Origin: Nitrospirota bacterium
GTDB taxonomy: Bacteria; Nitrospirota; UBA9217
Direction of reading: 5' to 3'
NCBI GenBank assembly: GCA_963749655.1
Contig: CAVVOB010000025.1
Location: 1-19,096, forward strand
Length of the DNA: 19,096 bases
Shown piece by piece: positions 7,409 through 17,651 of the stretch. A program made the position numbers and the translations under genes. Positions within the stretch are counted from its first letter, which is position 1. The number at the start of each line of letters is the position of its first letter. The notes beneath the pieces are model-generated. The model saw only the letters and a list, made by a program, of their open reading frames with translations, had not been told where the DNA came from and did not search any database.

Positions 7409-9896
7409 ATGGCCAACAACCACAATAAACTTGTCGGCTTTCAGTATGACAAGCTCGGCAATGACCGGGAGTCCTTCAAGCATTCGCTCTCCAACCGCCT
7501 GATCTATTCCCTGGGCAAGGACCCCATTACCGCGACCCACCGCGACTGGTTTCTGACCACGGCCTACACGGTGCGCGAGCGCTTGATCGAGCGCTGGATG
7601 GAGACCATGCGGAGCTACTACGAGACCGACGCGAAGCGGGTCTACTATCTTTCCATGGAGTTTCTGATCGGCCGTCTCCTCTCGAACAGTCTCCTGAACA
7701 TGGGCGTCTTCGAGGAGTGCCGGGAGGCGTTGTGCGACCTCGAGCTGGACCTCGACCGCATCCGCGAGCTGGAGTCGGACGCGGGGCTGGGCAACGGGGG
7801 GCTCGGCAGGCTCGCCGCGTGCTTTCTCGATTCCATGGCGACCCTGCGACTGCCCGGCTACGGCTACGGCATCCGCTATGAATACGGCATGTTTGCCCAG
7901 CGCATCGAGCAGGGGTACCAGATCGAGCACCCCGACAGCTGGCTGCGGTACGGCAATCCCTGGGAGTTTCCGCGGCCCGAAGTGCTCTTCCCCGTCAAGT
8001 TCGGACGGACGGGTCGTGACCTTCCGCGACGAGGACGGCCATACCCACTTCCACTGGATCGACGCGGAGGAAGTGATGGCCATGGCCTTCGACACGCCCG
8101 TGCCCGGGTACGATACGAACACGGTGAACAACATGCGGCTCTGGTCGGCCAAGGCAACCCGCGATTTCAACCTCAAGTACTTCAACGAAGGGAACTACAT
8201 CAAGGCGGTCGCGGAGAAGAACGAGTCGGAGAACCTCTCCAAGGTTCTCTATCCCGACGACACCACGCAGATGGGAAGAGAGCTGCGGCTCAAGCAGCAG
8301 TACTTCTTCGTCTGCGCCTCGCTCCAGGACATCCTGCGCCGCTTTACCAAGTACCATCCGCGGCTGGACGATCTGCCGGACAAGGTCGCGATCCAGCTGA
8401 ACGACACCCATCCGTCCATCGCGATCCCCGAGCTCATGCGCGTGCTGCTGGACGTGCACCACATGGAGTGGGACCGCGCCTGGAACATCACGCGCCGCAC
8501 CTTCTCCTATACCAACCATACCCTCATGCCCGAGGCGCTCGAGACCTGGCCGGTCAGGCTCTTCGAGGAGATCCTGCCCCGGCACCTGCAGATCATCTAC
8601 GAGATCAATTTCCGGTATCTCGAGGAGGTCCGCCACCGCTATCCCGGCGACGTCGAGCGGCTCCGTCGCATGTCCATCATGGACGAGGCCGGCGGACGGA
8701 GGCTGCGCATGTCCCACCTGGCGATCGCCGGGAGCCACAAGGTGAACGGCGTTTCCCAGATCCACACGGACCTCATGAAAAAAACGATCTTCGCGGACTT
8801 CGAGGCGATGCATCCCGACAGGATCATCAACATCACCAACGGGGTCACGCCGCGGCGCTGGCTGCACAAGGCAAATCCCAAACTGTCCGAGCTTATCACG
8901 AAGAGCATCGGGACAGGCTGGGTGTGCGATCTGTCGGAGCTCAGGAGGCTTGCCCCCCTGACGGCCGACGCCGGCTTCCGGAAAGCCTTCCGCGACGTGA
9001 AGCGCGCCAACAAGGTGAGGCTCGCCGAGATTATCGCCATGAGGCTCAGGCTGAAAGTGGACCCCGATACGCTGTTCGATGTGCAGACCAAGCGCATCCA
9101 TGAGTACAAGCGGCAGCTCCTGAACGTGATTCACGTGATCACGCGGTACAACCGCATCCGGCAAGGCAGGGCGGGCGGCCTCGTTCCGCGCACCGTCATC
9201 TTCGCGGGCAAGGCCGCGCCCGGATACGCCATGGCTAAACTCATCATCAAACTCATCCACAGCGTGGCGGACGTGGTGAACAACGATCCGACCGTCGGCG
9301 GCCTGCTCAAGGTCGTCTTCATCCCCGACTACAATGTGTCGAACGCCGAGAAGATCATTCCGGCCTGCGACCTCTCGGAGCAGATTTCCACGGCAGGCAC
9401 CGAAGCCTCGGGCACCGGCAACATGAAGTTCGCGCTGAACGGAGCCCTCACCATCGGGACCCTCGACGGCGCGAACATCGAGATGCGCGACGAGGTCGGG
9501 GCCGACAATTTCTTCATCTTCGGTATGACCGCGGCCGAGGTCGACGCGCTCCGGGCGGGCAGGTACAACCCCTGGGACGCATACAACGCAAATGCCGAGC
9601 TGCGGCAGGCCCTGGACATGATCAACAACGGCTACTTCTCGCCCGATGCGCCGACGCTCTTCCGGCCCGTCTTCGACGCCCTCACCGGGTACGGGGACCG
9701 TTTCCTGCTGCTCGCGGACTACGATTCCTACATCGCCTGCCAGGAGCGGGTCGACGCGCTCTACCGCGATCCCGAGGAATGGTCCCGCCGCGCCGTCCTG
9801 AACGTTGCGGGCATGGGAAAGTTTTCGAGCGATCGCACCATCCGGGAGTACGCGGAAAAGATCTGGGGGGCCCGATTCATGGAGGAGCGGAAGTAG
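7409..9896 (+). CDS. glgP: Glycogen/starch/alpha-glucan phosphorylase (frameshift near 8004)
   Basis: GGAGG RBS and ATG 7409. YYLSMEFLIGR and DAGLGNGGLGRLAACFLDS in frame 1. After removing one base (ttc ggac gga): LRLKQQYF, IQLNDTHP, YTNHT, TNGVTPRRW, KRIHEYKRQLLN and the PLP motif EASGTGNMKF. Confidence 0.95.
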
Positions 9897-9934
9897 CTTC
9901 CTTGCGACAGCATCGAAGAAGACAGGAAGGAATT

Positions 9935-10125
9935 CTATCCGCAGATTACGCAGGTTTCGCAGAAGATGCAAAAGGTCCGCTTTGCTTTTTTCGCGCACGA
10001 CTTTCGAGAACCCGCTGTGTGCTCTGTGCCCTCTGTGGCAAAAGGCTTTGATTGCTTCTCTTAAAAGGGGGGGGTCCGTGAAAAGCGTTGGTACGATCTG
10101 CGGCATCAGCGAAATCCGCGGATAG
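9935..10125. repeat. Nonamer-unit inverted repeat element (CCGCAGAT type) enclosing an orphan arm of the CACAGAG type
   Basis: ctatccgcagattacgcaggtttcgcaga (9935-9963) faces atctgcggcatcagcgaaatccgcggatag (10096-10125). Internal gctgtgtgctctgtgccctctgtggc (~10014-10039) resembles the arms at 2904 and 3122. Confidence 0.8.
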
Positions 10126-10186
10126 AGATGTCGGTTTTTATCGGTTTCACGATTTCACGTGAATGACCAATTCCTCAGGAGGAGCC

Positions 10187-10519
10187 ATGCAGCATGCAAT
10201 GACAACGACAACGTTCACCATCGACGGGTACCGCATCTCGAAGACCCTGGGCGTGGTCCGGGGCATCACGGTCCGGTCCCGCTCGATCTTCGGAACCCTG
10301 GGTGCCGGTCTCCAGACCATCTTCGGCGGCAACATTTCGCTCCTTACGAACCTCTGCGAAAAAGCCCGGTCCGAGGCCTTCGAAATGATGATCCGCCACG
10401 CCGAGGAGCTGGGGGCGAACGCCGTGGTCGGCGTGCGGTACGATGCAACGGAGCTGATGAACGGCGTATCGGAAGTGCTGTGCTACGGGACCGCGGTGGC
10501 GGTGGAGCCGGAGACGTAG
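10187..10519 (+). CDS. ybjQ: YbjQ/UPF0145 family protein
   Basis: [74 protein letters not shown]. Confidence 0.9.
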   Translation: MQHAMTTTTFTIDGYRISKTLGVVRGITVRSRSIFGTLGAGLQTIFGGNISLLTNLCEKARSEAFEMMIRHAEELGANAVVGVRYDATELMNGVSEVLCYGTAVAVEPET

Positions 10520-10836
10520 CACCTGGCGAAGTTCGAAGCCTGCCATCTGCCGGCACGACAATATGGTGAAGCCATGAAGCGAGAAGGCCAGGGGGGGCGA
10601 GCGGTTTCCTCGAAGTTCGGTTAACGAACGGAACCATTCTTTTTTACGACCAGAAGCACGCAGATACCCGCAGGAACCTTCCCCTGCGGGGAGGTGCAAT
10701 TGTTCTACGAGATTTTTTGACCCGCAATTCATTGTCACCTACCCCAAAATACCCCAGGGGGCTTGCAATCCGCCAAGACTTGTAGTAGCCTCTGAAGTCA
10801 TACGTCAGCGGCTTCGACCGCAAAATGGGGGGGGCG

Positions 10837-11595
10837 ATGATAAAAAGAATGACAGCGCTTATGTTTTGTCTTATTGCCGCGGCGGGGCTGGCCGCATGCG
10901 GAGGCGGTGGATCCTCGAACACTGCAAGTCCGGATACATCGGCACCGTCGGTTCCATCAGGATTGGTGGTATCGGCATTATCGTCTACGCAGGTCAGTCT
11001 TGCCTGGACCGTGTCCACTGATAATGTTTCCGTCGGGGGGTACAAGGTATATCAAAGCGGAAGTCAGGTCGCCAGTTCAACGACCTCTTCTTATCTGGCC
11101 AGCGATTTGACGGCATCTACCCAATACTGCTTCTCTGTCTCAGCATACGATTCGGCTGCCAATGAATCAGCACAAAGCAGCCAATCCTGTGCTACAACCG
11201 GCGATACTGTCTATTCCAACATCAGCACAACGTTCGGTTTCTCCGCGCACTATTTAACGGGAAAGTCATTCTATTTGCCGGCAAGGATCTCCGGCTCGAC
11301 TCACATTATGGAGGTACATCAATTTACAGATGCGATTTCATCCTGGAGCGATGATTACTACAATCTGAACGGAAAATCCGCACCCTACAGCATTATCAGC
11401 GCAAACGGTATTGACGGGGTCCTCACGTACAATGACGGAACTTACGATCAATATTTCAATGTGCAAGCGGTTATGGGCGACCACATCATGGTCTGCGGCA
11501 CATACACCGGCATCGGGTCAGTGAGCATGTGCAGTGATCTGCAGGCTAAGCCATGGTACTTTGAAAGAGCCATTGCCGAAGCGAATTATCCCTGA
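10837..11595 (+). CDS. Lipoprotein with fibronectin type III domain and uncharacterised C-terminal domain
   Basis: Signal peptide with lipobox LAAC, then GGGGSS linker and FN3 (DTSAPSVPSGL..VSLAW..STDNV.V.GYKVY..LTASTQYCFSVSAYDSAANES). Visibly less GC-rich than neighbouring genes. Confidence 0.8.
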   Translation: MIKRMTALMFCLIAAAGLAACGGGGSSNTASPDTSAPSVPSGLVVSALSSTQVSLAWTVSTDNVSVGGYKVYQSGSQVASSTTSSYLASDLTASTQYCFSVSAYDSAANESAQSSQSCATTGDTVYSNISTTFGFSAHYLTGKSFYLPARISGSTHIMEVHQFTDAISSWSDDYYNLNGKSAPYSIISANGIDGVLTYNDGTYDQYFNVQAVMGDHIMVCGTYTGIGSVSMCSDLQAKPWYFERAIAEANYP

Positions 11596-11715
11596 CGCAG
11601 ATCAATCAGCGGTTGCAGGCCGGGAGGGTGGCCGGAAACGCCGGGACTTCAGGTGAGCTGCGCCGAATTTCGCTTCGTTTGACACATACTCAATCATCAT
11701 GAAAGGAGCCGACGA

Positions 11716-12123
11716 ATGTCTTCCACTCGAACCTCGACAATTACTTTATTCCTGATTGCGGTTTTCTCCGCCCACGCCATCCTCACCACATCAGGAGGGG
11801 CTTTCGCCCAGGTCCCTCTGCGGTCGTACGATACGACGCTTAAGAACATGTTCGACGCGATCCAGTCGAAATCGTACGACAAGTTCATGGTTGATGCCGA
11901 TGAGCGGTTCAAGTCCGGTTTCACCCCCAAGATGTTCGAAGAACTGGCCCGGCAGCTCGGGCCGAAGCTGGAAAAGGGCTATTCCGTGGCGTTCCTGACG
12001 ACCTTGTACCAGCAGGAATATATCGTCTACGTCTGGAAGCTTACCTTCAAGGACGTCAAAGATGATCTGCTCGTCACCCTGTTTATCAAGGACGGAAACG
12101 TCAGCGGCCTGGTGACCCGCTGA
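11716..12123 (+). CDS. Hypothetical exported protein (possibly NTF2/DUF3887-like)
   Basis: AAGGAG RBS, signal peptide ending AFA-Q, good codon style, ends KDGNVSGLVTR. Confidence 0.7.
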   Translation: MSSTRTSTITLFLIAVFSAHAILTTSGGAFAQVPLRSYDTTLKNMFDAIQSKSYDKFMVDADERFKSGFTPKMFEELARQLGPKLEKGYSVAFLTTLYQQEYIVYVWKLTFKDVKDDLLVTLFIKDGNVSGLVTR

Positions 12124-12152
12124 TTCCATTGCTCGGGACGAGGGAGGCGCTC

Positions 12153-13109
12153 ATGGCTGCTCTGATCCGCATCTTCAAGGCATTGCTGTTCCTTGCGGTC
12201 CTGTTAGTCGTCGTGGCCGGGTTCATGATTGCCTTTTCCTGGGCGCCGGACAAAGCAGCTGAAGAGCTCATCGGCCGGTGGGCGCCGCCGCCCTCGACCT
12301 TTGTGGACGTGAAGGGCCTGAAGGTACATATGCGGGACGAGGGGCCCCGCAACGATCCGGCGCCGCTTGTTCTGATCCACGGGACTTCGGCCAGCCTGCA
12401 TACCTGGGAAGGGTGGGTCAATGCGCTGAAAACAAGGAGGCGGGTAATCACCATGGACCTGCCGGGCTTCGGTCTGACCGGTCCGAATGCCCGGAACGAC
12501 TACAGCAGCGATGCCTACAGGCAGTTCATTCTTGACCTGCTCGACACCCTGAGCGTGCAGCGCTGCGTTTTGGGAGGAAATTCGCTCGGCGGAGACATCG
12601 CCTGGCACGTTGCCGTCGCATCGCCGTCGCGGGTGGAGAGGCTGATCCTCGTTGATTCCGCCGGCTATCCCCTGACCTCTCAGTCTATGCCGATCGTTTT
12701 TACGATTGCGAACACGCCGGTGCTGAATCAATTGATCCTCTATACACAGCCCCGCGGCATGGTCGCGTCGAGCCTGCGTTCGGTGTACGGTGATCCCGCC
12801 CGCGTGACGCCGCAGCTCGTGGACCGGTACGACCAGTTGACGCTTCGCCAGGGCAATCGGCGGGCGCTGCTGCGCCGGTTCCAGCAAATGGACTTCGGCG
12901 CCCAGGCCGGTCTCATCAAAACGATCAGGCAGCCGACGCTCATTCTCTGGGGCGGCCGGGACAAGCTGATCCCCCCCGACGACGCCCGCAGGTTTCAAAG
13001 CGACATTGCGAACAGCCGTCTGGTGATATTCGACGGCCTGGGACACGTGCCCCAGGAGGAAGATCCGGACCGGACCGCGGCCGAAGTGATCTCATTTTTA
13101 GGGCAGTAA
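12153..13109 (+). CDS. Alpha/beta-fold hydrolase with N-terminal membrane anchor
   Basis: GGGAGG RBS. Oxyanion LIHG, DLPGFG, nucleophile GNSLGG, LWGGRD (acid) and GHVPQEE (His). Confidence 0.9.
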   Translation: MAALIRIFKALLFLAVLLVVVAGFMIAFSWAPDKAAEELIGRWAPPPSTFVDVKGLKVHMRDEGPRNDPAPLVLIHGTSASLHTWEGWVNALKTRRRVITMDLPGFGLTGPNARNDYSSDAYRQFILDLLDTLSVQRCVLGGNSLGGDIAWHVAVASPSRVERLILVDSAGYPLTSQSMPIVFTIANTPVLNQLILYTQPRGMVASSLRSVYGDPARVTPQLVDRYDQLTLRQGNRRALLRRFQQMDFGAQAGLIKTIRQPTLILWGGRDKLIPPDDARRFQSDIANSRLVIFDGLGHVPQEEDPDRTAAEVISFLGQ

Positions 13110-13272
13110 GAGCGTGAAATTCGCAAAGGCAGGACAGGAACCGACCGCTCGGCGGGGATGCAGGATAACCTCACGGTAAAATTTGCAGGTCGGCCCTGTG
13201 GACCCTGTTGTCTTGACAATATGTTCCCGTCTTCCGCGCAGGACTCCGGCATGATCATGGTATGAAAAGGTG

Positions 13273-13967
13273 ATGCACTCTGTGTGTACCTCCCGCAGCG
13301 TTCAAGCGATTCTGGTTTGTTTCCTGCTCGCCGTCGCCCCGGTTGTCCAGGGCTGTGCCGCACTTCTTCGGACAGGAATGCTCTCCTGCACATCGCCACC
13401 CGGTGCATCGATCTTCTTCCCGGACTACTGCGTGCTCTGCCGGTATCCCCGGGCCGACAGCGTCTGCGGCAAGGGCCTCGGCTGCAAAGAAACGACCAGG
13501 GTCTGGGCGGAGACGGCGAAATTCGCGGTGATCAGCGACATCAAGACCTGCGGGTGCCCTCCTGACTTCGTCCACGGCCTCGTCCTTCCGCGCACACCGG
13601 TCACGGGCGTGGAAGATCCGCGGAAGCCGGACGAGATCTGGAGCGTTGCCTGGGAAGCGGCGCGCAAGCGCATCAGCGACGAGAACGCCATCGCGCTCGT
13701 CGTCAATCCGGCAACAGTGCGGACCCAGGCCAGCTCCATGTCCATATCGTGAGACTGGACCGGGAGGCAACGAAACGCCTGCAGGACGACAGGCGGACAC
13801 GCGTGTCCTCGCTCGACGGCATATGGAAGGCGGCCGGGGGAAAAGCCCGCGCCCTGAACATGAGCGACTACGGCGTGCTGGTCGTCAGGGACCGGGAGGG
13901 GGAGTTACTTGTCTTCGTCGAAGAGCAGAGCCCCGAGAAGATGTATACGCAGTGGGAGTGCCGGTGA
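13273..13967 (+). CDS. cdh: CDP-diacylglycerol diphosphatase (Cdh)-like HIT-superfamily protein (frameshift at 13729-13730)
   Basis: ORFs 13270-13752 and 13749-13967 join with one added base: LVLP..PVTGVEDP..W..AW..IALVVNP..RTQ-x-QLHVHIVRL, matching the Cdh motif RxQxQLHxHI. Confidence 0.7.
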
Positions 13968-14052
13968 AGGGCAGCATCAGGACGTGTGGATTCACCGCCC
14001 ATGAAATGCTTTAACAGGAATTTACTTCACTGGAAATCGACCGTGCCGTTGT

Positions 14053-14436
14053 TTACCTGCTCAATTCGACCATCTTCTTCTGAAAGGCGCGAACGTCCTT
14101 CAGCAAGGGGAACACGAGCAGGTACAGGGGCCAGACCGACGGCATCAGCAGCCAGGTCCAGAAGGGAAGAGGAGCGGTAGACGAGGAAATGCTGCACGAT
14201 CTCGATAGCGATCCCGTAGGCGAGGAGCGCGAGAAGCTTCGGCGCGCGGAATCCTGTCGTCGGCCACGAAAAGTCGACAAGAAGGGCCAGCGTGAAAAAC
14301 GCAGAGATATGTTCGATCTTGTCGTTCACACTCCGGACACCGGGAATGGAGCTGCTGGTTAGGGCGGATAGGATATGGCGACCAGGGCTGCTGCCAGCAG
14401 CAGGCGATACCTGCGGGTGTCGCGTTCGTTCTGCAT
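14053..14436 (-). CDS. VanZ family membrane protein (frameshifts near 14370 and 14130)
   Basis: MQNERDTRRYRLLLAAALVAISY / ..NDKIEHISAFFTLALL..YGIAIEIVQHFLVYRSSSLLDLAADAVG / LYLLVFPLLK. DK..H...F, E..Q...R and D...D..G are VanZ signatures. Confidence 0.8.
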
Positions 14437-14547
14437 GCACTGCTCCTTGACCCGGACGAGCCGGGATCCCAATACAGCATTATTTACAAATGCCTGCGTA
14501 TAAACAGCTTGCCGCAGGAGTTTTTCCCATGCCGCTCCTGCTGGCCC

Positions 14548-14577
14548 ATGATAAGCGAAGGGCGTTGCCGCAGTCAA
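14548..14577 (-). promoter_or_regulatory. Sigma70-type promoter for the VanZ-like gene
   Basis: Minus strand TTGACT, 18-nt spacer, TATCAT. Confidence 0.45.
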
Positions 14578-14660
14578 GGGGTTCCTTGTCTGCGCCGGAT
14601 TTTCCGGCTTCTCAGTTCCGGACATTTATGATAAGATAGGACCGCTGGGAGGACCCATTA

Positions 14661-15318
14661 ATGAACGCCATTGCCGTAATCGCCGCGAAAAGCGGACTCA
14701 GGCTCGGAGTGATCGCCGGCCTGGCCCTTGTTTTGTTCGCCCCCGTGACCCGCGCCCAGACCGTGCAGGACGTGGTCACGGGCATCGAAAACCATTACAA
14801 GAACGTATCGGACCTGACCGCCAAGGTGGATCAGAAAAACGTCCTCAAGGCCATCGGGAAGACGCAGACTTTCGCCGGCACGCTGTCCATCAAAAAACCG
14901 GGAAAGCTGCGGCTGGACTATACGAACGGCCAGATCATCCTCATCGACGGAAAGTCGGCGCTGTTCTACTCAAAGAAAAGCCGCCAGGTGGTGAAAAAGA
15001 CTTTTACCGATTTTGAACACATGAACATCCCCGTGCTGTTCCTGTTCGGCGCCGCCCATATCCGCGATGATTTCGACGTGCTCCAGGCCGATCCCAAGGC
15101 GCCCCGCTCCCTTGAGCTGCTTCCCTTGAAATCAGGGGCCGCCATGAAAAAGCTGTTTCTTCGGTCCGATGAAGCGGGGCGGATCACGGCACTCGAGATC
15201 TTCCGACCGTTCGGGGAACACGTCCGAGGTGCTCTTCTCGGACATCAGCGAGAACACCGGCCTTGACGACAAGGTTTTTCTCTTTACGCCCCCCAAGGGG
15301 ACGGAGATCATAGAATAA
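14661..15318 (+). CDS. lolA: Outer-membrane lipoprotein carrier protein LolA (frameshift near 15203)
   Basis: Signal peptide, then GTLSIKKPGKLRLDY..QIILIDGK. Removing one C restores IFDRSGNTSEVLFSDISENTGLDDKVFLFTPPKGTEIIE* (TAA 15316-15318), a typical LolA C-terminus. Confidence 0.88.
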
Positions 15319-15329
15319 CTGTCCCGGTT

Positions 15330-15358
15330 ATGCCTGTCCCCGCGGGGCGGGCATTTTT
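15330..15358 (+). terminator. Rho-independent terminator after lolA
   Basis: ATGCCTGTCCC-CGC-GGGGCGGGCAT hairpin (two G-U pairs) followed by a T run. Confidence 0.6.
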
Positions 15359-15405
15359 CGTGATTCGATACTTGCAGCTTGAGTTTTTCTTCAGGGAGGA
15401 TTTCC

Positions 15406-15909
15406 ATGGCCGCAGAAAATTCATTCGATATCGTTTCAAAAATCAACATGTCGGAAGTCACGAACGCCGTGACGCAGGCGCTGAAGGAGATCGGCCAGCG
15501 CTTCTTCTTCGATTTCAAGGGCAGCAAGTCGGGCATCACCGAGGAAAAGGACGGGCTCGTCACCGTCTCCGACGATGAGTACAAGCTGAAAAGCGTTATC
15601 GACATTCTCCAGGGCAAGCTCGTGAAACGCGGTGTGCCGGTCAAGAATTTATCCTACGGCAAGATGGAAGCGGCCCTGGCCGGCACAGTCCGCCAGCGCC
15701 TGACGCTTCAGCAGGGGATCCCCACGGAGAAGGCCAAGGAGATCGTAAAGGCGATCAAGGATTCCAAGATCAAGGTCCAGGCGTCGATCCAGGCGGACCA
15801 GGTGCGCGTATCGGGAAAGAACCGGGACGACCTCCAGACCGTGATCCAGCTGCTCAAGGGGAAGGACTTCGGCATCGAACTTCAATTCGACAATTACCGG
15901 AGCAATTGA
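15406..15909 (+). CDS. yajQ: YajQ family nucleotide/c-di-GMP-binding protein
   Basis: [88 protein letters not shown]. Confidence 0.93.
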   Translation: MAAENSFDIVSKINMSEVTNAVTQALKEIGQRFFFDFKGSKSGITEEKDGLVTVSDDEYKLKSVIDILQGKLVKRGVPVKNLSYGKMEAALAGTVRQRLTLQQGIPTEKAKEIVKAIKDSKIKVQASIQADQVRVSGKNRDDLQTVIQLLKGKDFGIELQFDNYRSN

Positions 15910-16052
15910 GCGAATCGCGGCAGCGGCCGGTCTTATGGATCGTGCTGCCATTCCCGCACTGTCAGTCCCCGCTCTCTTGCGGGAGCCCCCTTCGCTAACC
16001 TCCGATGCCCCCGTTCGCCTAACCAATGAATTAACCTTGCATTTATCCAAAT

Positions 16053-16061
16053 TGATATAAT
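16053..16061 (+). promoter_or_regulatory. Extended -10 promoter for the chemosensory operon
   Basis: TGaTATAAT about 30 nt upstream of ATG 16092 (RBS AGGGAG). Confidence 0.5.
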
Positions 16062-16091
16062 TTCGTCGATTATGCTCAGTAGGGAGATTGC

Positions 16092-17286
16092 ATGAGTCTT
16101 GTCGGCAGACTGGAAGATCTCGCGCTACCCGATATCTTCCAGATCATCAGTTTGAGTAAAAAAACAGGCACTCTCGTGGTGCGAAGCCGTAAAGGCACGG
16201 GCATGGTCGTTTTCAAGAACGGCCAGGTGATCCAGGCCGCGAGCGACAACATCCGCGACTCCCTCGGCAATATCCTCGTATCTTAGGGCGCTGCTGACGA
16301 AGCAGTTCTGTCGCGCGCGCTGGCGCTCCAAAAGAGGCAGCCCGACACGCCGCTCGGCATGATCCTGGTCGAGATGGGCTCGGTATCAACCCAGACCATC
16401 GAAACCGTCATCCGCAAACAGATCGAGGAGATCATTTACGATCTCCTGGCCTGGGAGGAGGGCTTCTTCAACTTCGAGCTCGGCGAGATCGTTCCCAAGG
16501 ACAAGATCGAGATCGACACGCGGAGGAGTCCCTCCTGAAGTCGGGTATCAGCGCCGAATACCTGCTCATGGAGGGGACCAGGATCCTCGATGAAAAACGC
16601 AGCAAGGACGGCAAGCGTGCGCCTGCGCCGCCCCGGCACGCCCCGGCCCCGCCCGCGGCGGCCCCCGCGCCCCCGTCGAAACCGCCGGCCGCCCAGCATG
16701 TCAGCTATGAGCCGGCCAAGGAAGAGTTCCGCACCCGCATCGAGAAGGAGGAGCCGCGGCGCGAGATCACGGCACTCAAATCGATGTTCGACGAGCTTCG
16801 CTTCCCGACCGCCACGGCGGAGGTGACGCTGCTCATCCTGCGGTATGCCAGCGAAGTCGTGAACCGCGCCGTGCTGTTCATGGTGAAAAAAACGACGAAG
16901 TGGCGGGTTGGGGCAGTTCGGCATCGAGCTGAAGGGAAAATCGGCGGACCAGGTGGTGAGAAACATCAAGCTCCCGCTGGACAAGCCGTCGGTGTTCCTC
17001 ACGGTGGTCGAGACCCGCCGCACCTATATCGGGCCGCTCGAAACGAATGAATGCAACACCTATCTTGCGACCGAGCTCTGCGGCGCGTGCCGGACAGGTG
17101 ATGGCGATCCCGCTCATCGTCGACGCGGCGCCTTCGCGCTCGTGGTATACGGCGACAACCTCCCCGAGCAGAAATCGATTACCGGCATCGATACCCTAGA
17201 GATCTTCATGAACCAGGCAGGCATGGCACTGGAAAAGGCCCTCCTTGAAAAACGCATCGCCGAACTGCAGAAGGAAGAGAAAATGA
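16092..17286 (+). CDS. DUF4388 (PATAN-like) protein with Pro/Ala linker and C-terminal GAF-like domain (in-frame TAG and several frameshifts)
   Basis: MSLVGRLEDLALPDIFQIISLSKKTGTLVV..G.VVFKNGQVIQA, LGMILVEMG, IYDLLAWEEGFFNF, EYLLMEGTRILDE. C-terminal part reads RAVLFMVK..GQFGI..LVVYGDNLP..IDTLEIFMNQAGMALEKALLE. Confidence 0.75.
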
Positions 17287-17650
17287 AAAATGTCCTTGTC
17301 GTCGAGGATTCCAAGGCCATCCGGTCCATGATCAGGGTGCCGCTCGAGGAGATCGGCGGGTTTTTCGTAGTGGAGGCCGGCAACGGGTTCGAGGCCCTCA
17401 AGACGCTGCCGAGCAGGCCCTTTGAACTCATCATCACCGACATCGATGCCCGACATCAACGGCCTGGAGCTCATCGGGTACGTCAAGTCCAATCCCACCT
17501 ATCGCGGCACGCCGCTCATCATCGTCAGCACGGAAAAATCGGAGGAAGACAAGAAGCGCGGGCTGGCGCTCGGGTCGCGGGTACATCATCAAACCCTTTA
17601 AGAAGGAAGACCTCGTGGCCATGGTCATGCAGGTCGTGGGGGGGAAATAG
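17283..17650 (+). CDS. cheY: CheY-like single-domain response regulator (frameshifts near 17445 and 17578)
   Basis: MKNVLVVEDS..EAGNGFEAL..LIITDI/MPDINGLELI..PLIIVSTE..GLALG/YIIKPF..., ending TAG 17648-17650, directly before cheA. Confidence 0.8.
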
Positions 17651-17651
17651 C

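Noticed and set aside
7990-8015. Programmed frameshift in glgP
   Set aside because: No slippery sequence; a single extra base explains it and the window is full of indel errors.
7995-10106. 703-aa antisense ORF opposite glgP, and similar antisense ORFs (1779-2699, 3841-4791, 5360-6361, 12204-13046)
   Set aside because: Shadow ORFs expected from high-GC3 codon usage on the coding strand; no recognisable motifs.
2904-10125. CRISPR array or integron attC interpretation of the repeats
   Set aside because: No identical direct repeats with regular unique spacers, no RYYYAAC...GTTRRRY boundaries, and no cas or integrase gene.
10520-10824. Riboswitch in the long leader of the FN3 lipoprotein gene
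   Set aside because: Only short hairpins (e.g. CCCGCAGG/CCTGCGGG); I could not recognise the conserved core of any riboswitch.
15499-15516. YajQ reads QRFFFDFKG instead of the usual RFDFKG
   Set aside because: A TTC triplet expansion, most simply a basecalling or slippage artefact; cannot be evaluated without reads.
16284-16286. In-frame TAG in the DUF4388 gene as possible pyrrolysine or stop-codon recoding
   Set aside because: It lies in an error-dense stretch (adjacent codons look like compensating indels), is not at a catalytic position, and TAG serves as a normal stop elsewhere in the window (2792, 9896, 10519). CAG miscalled as TAG is more likely.
17270-17290. DUF4388-GAF-CheY fusion protein
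   Set aside because: Depends on the length of an A run; one fewer A gives a standard ATGA stop/start overlap.
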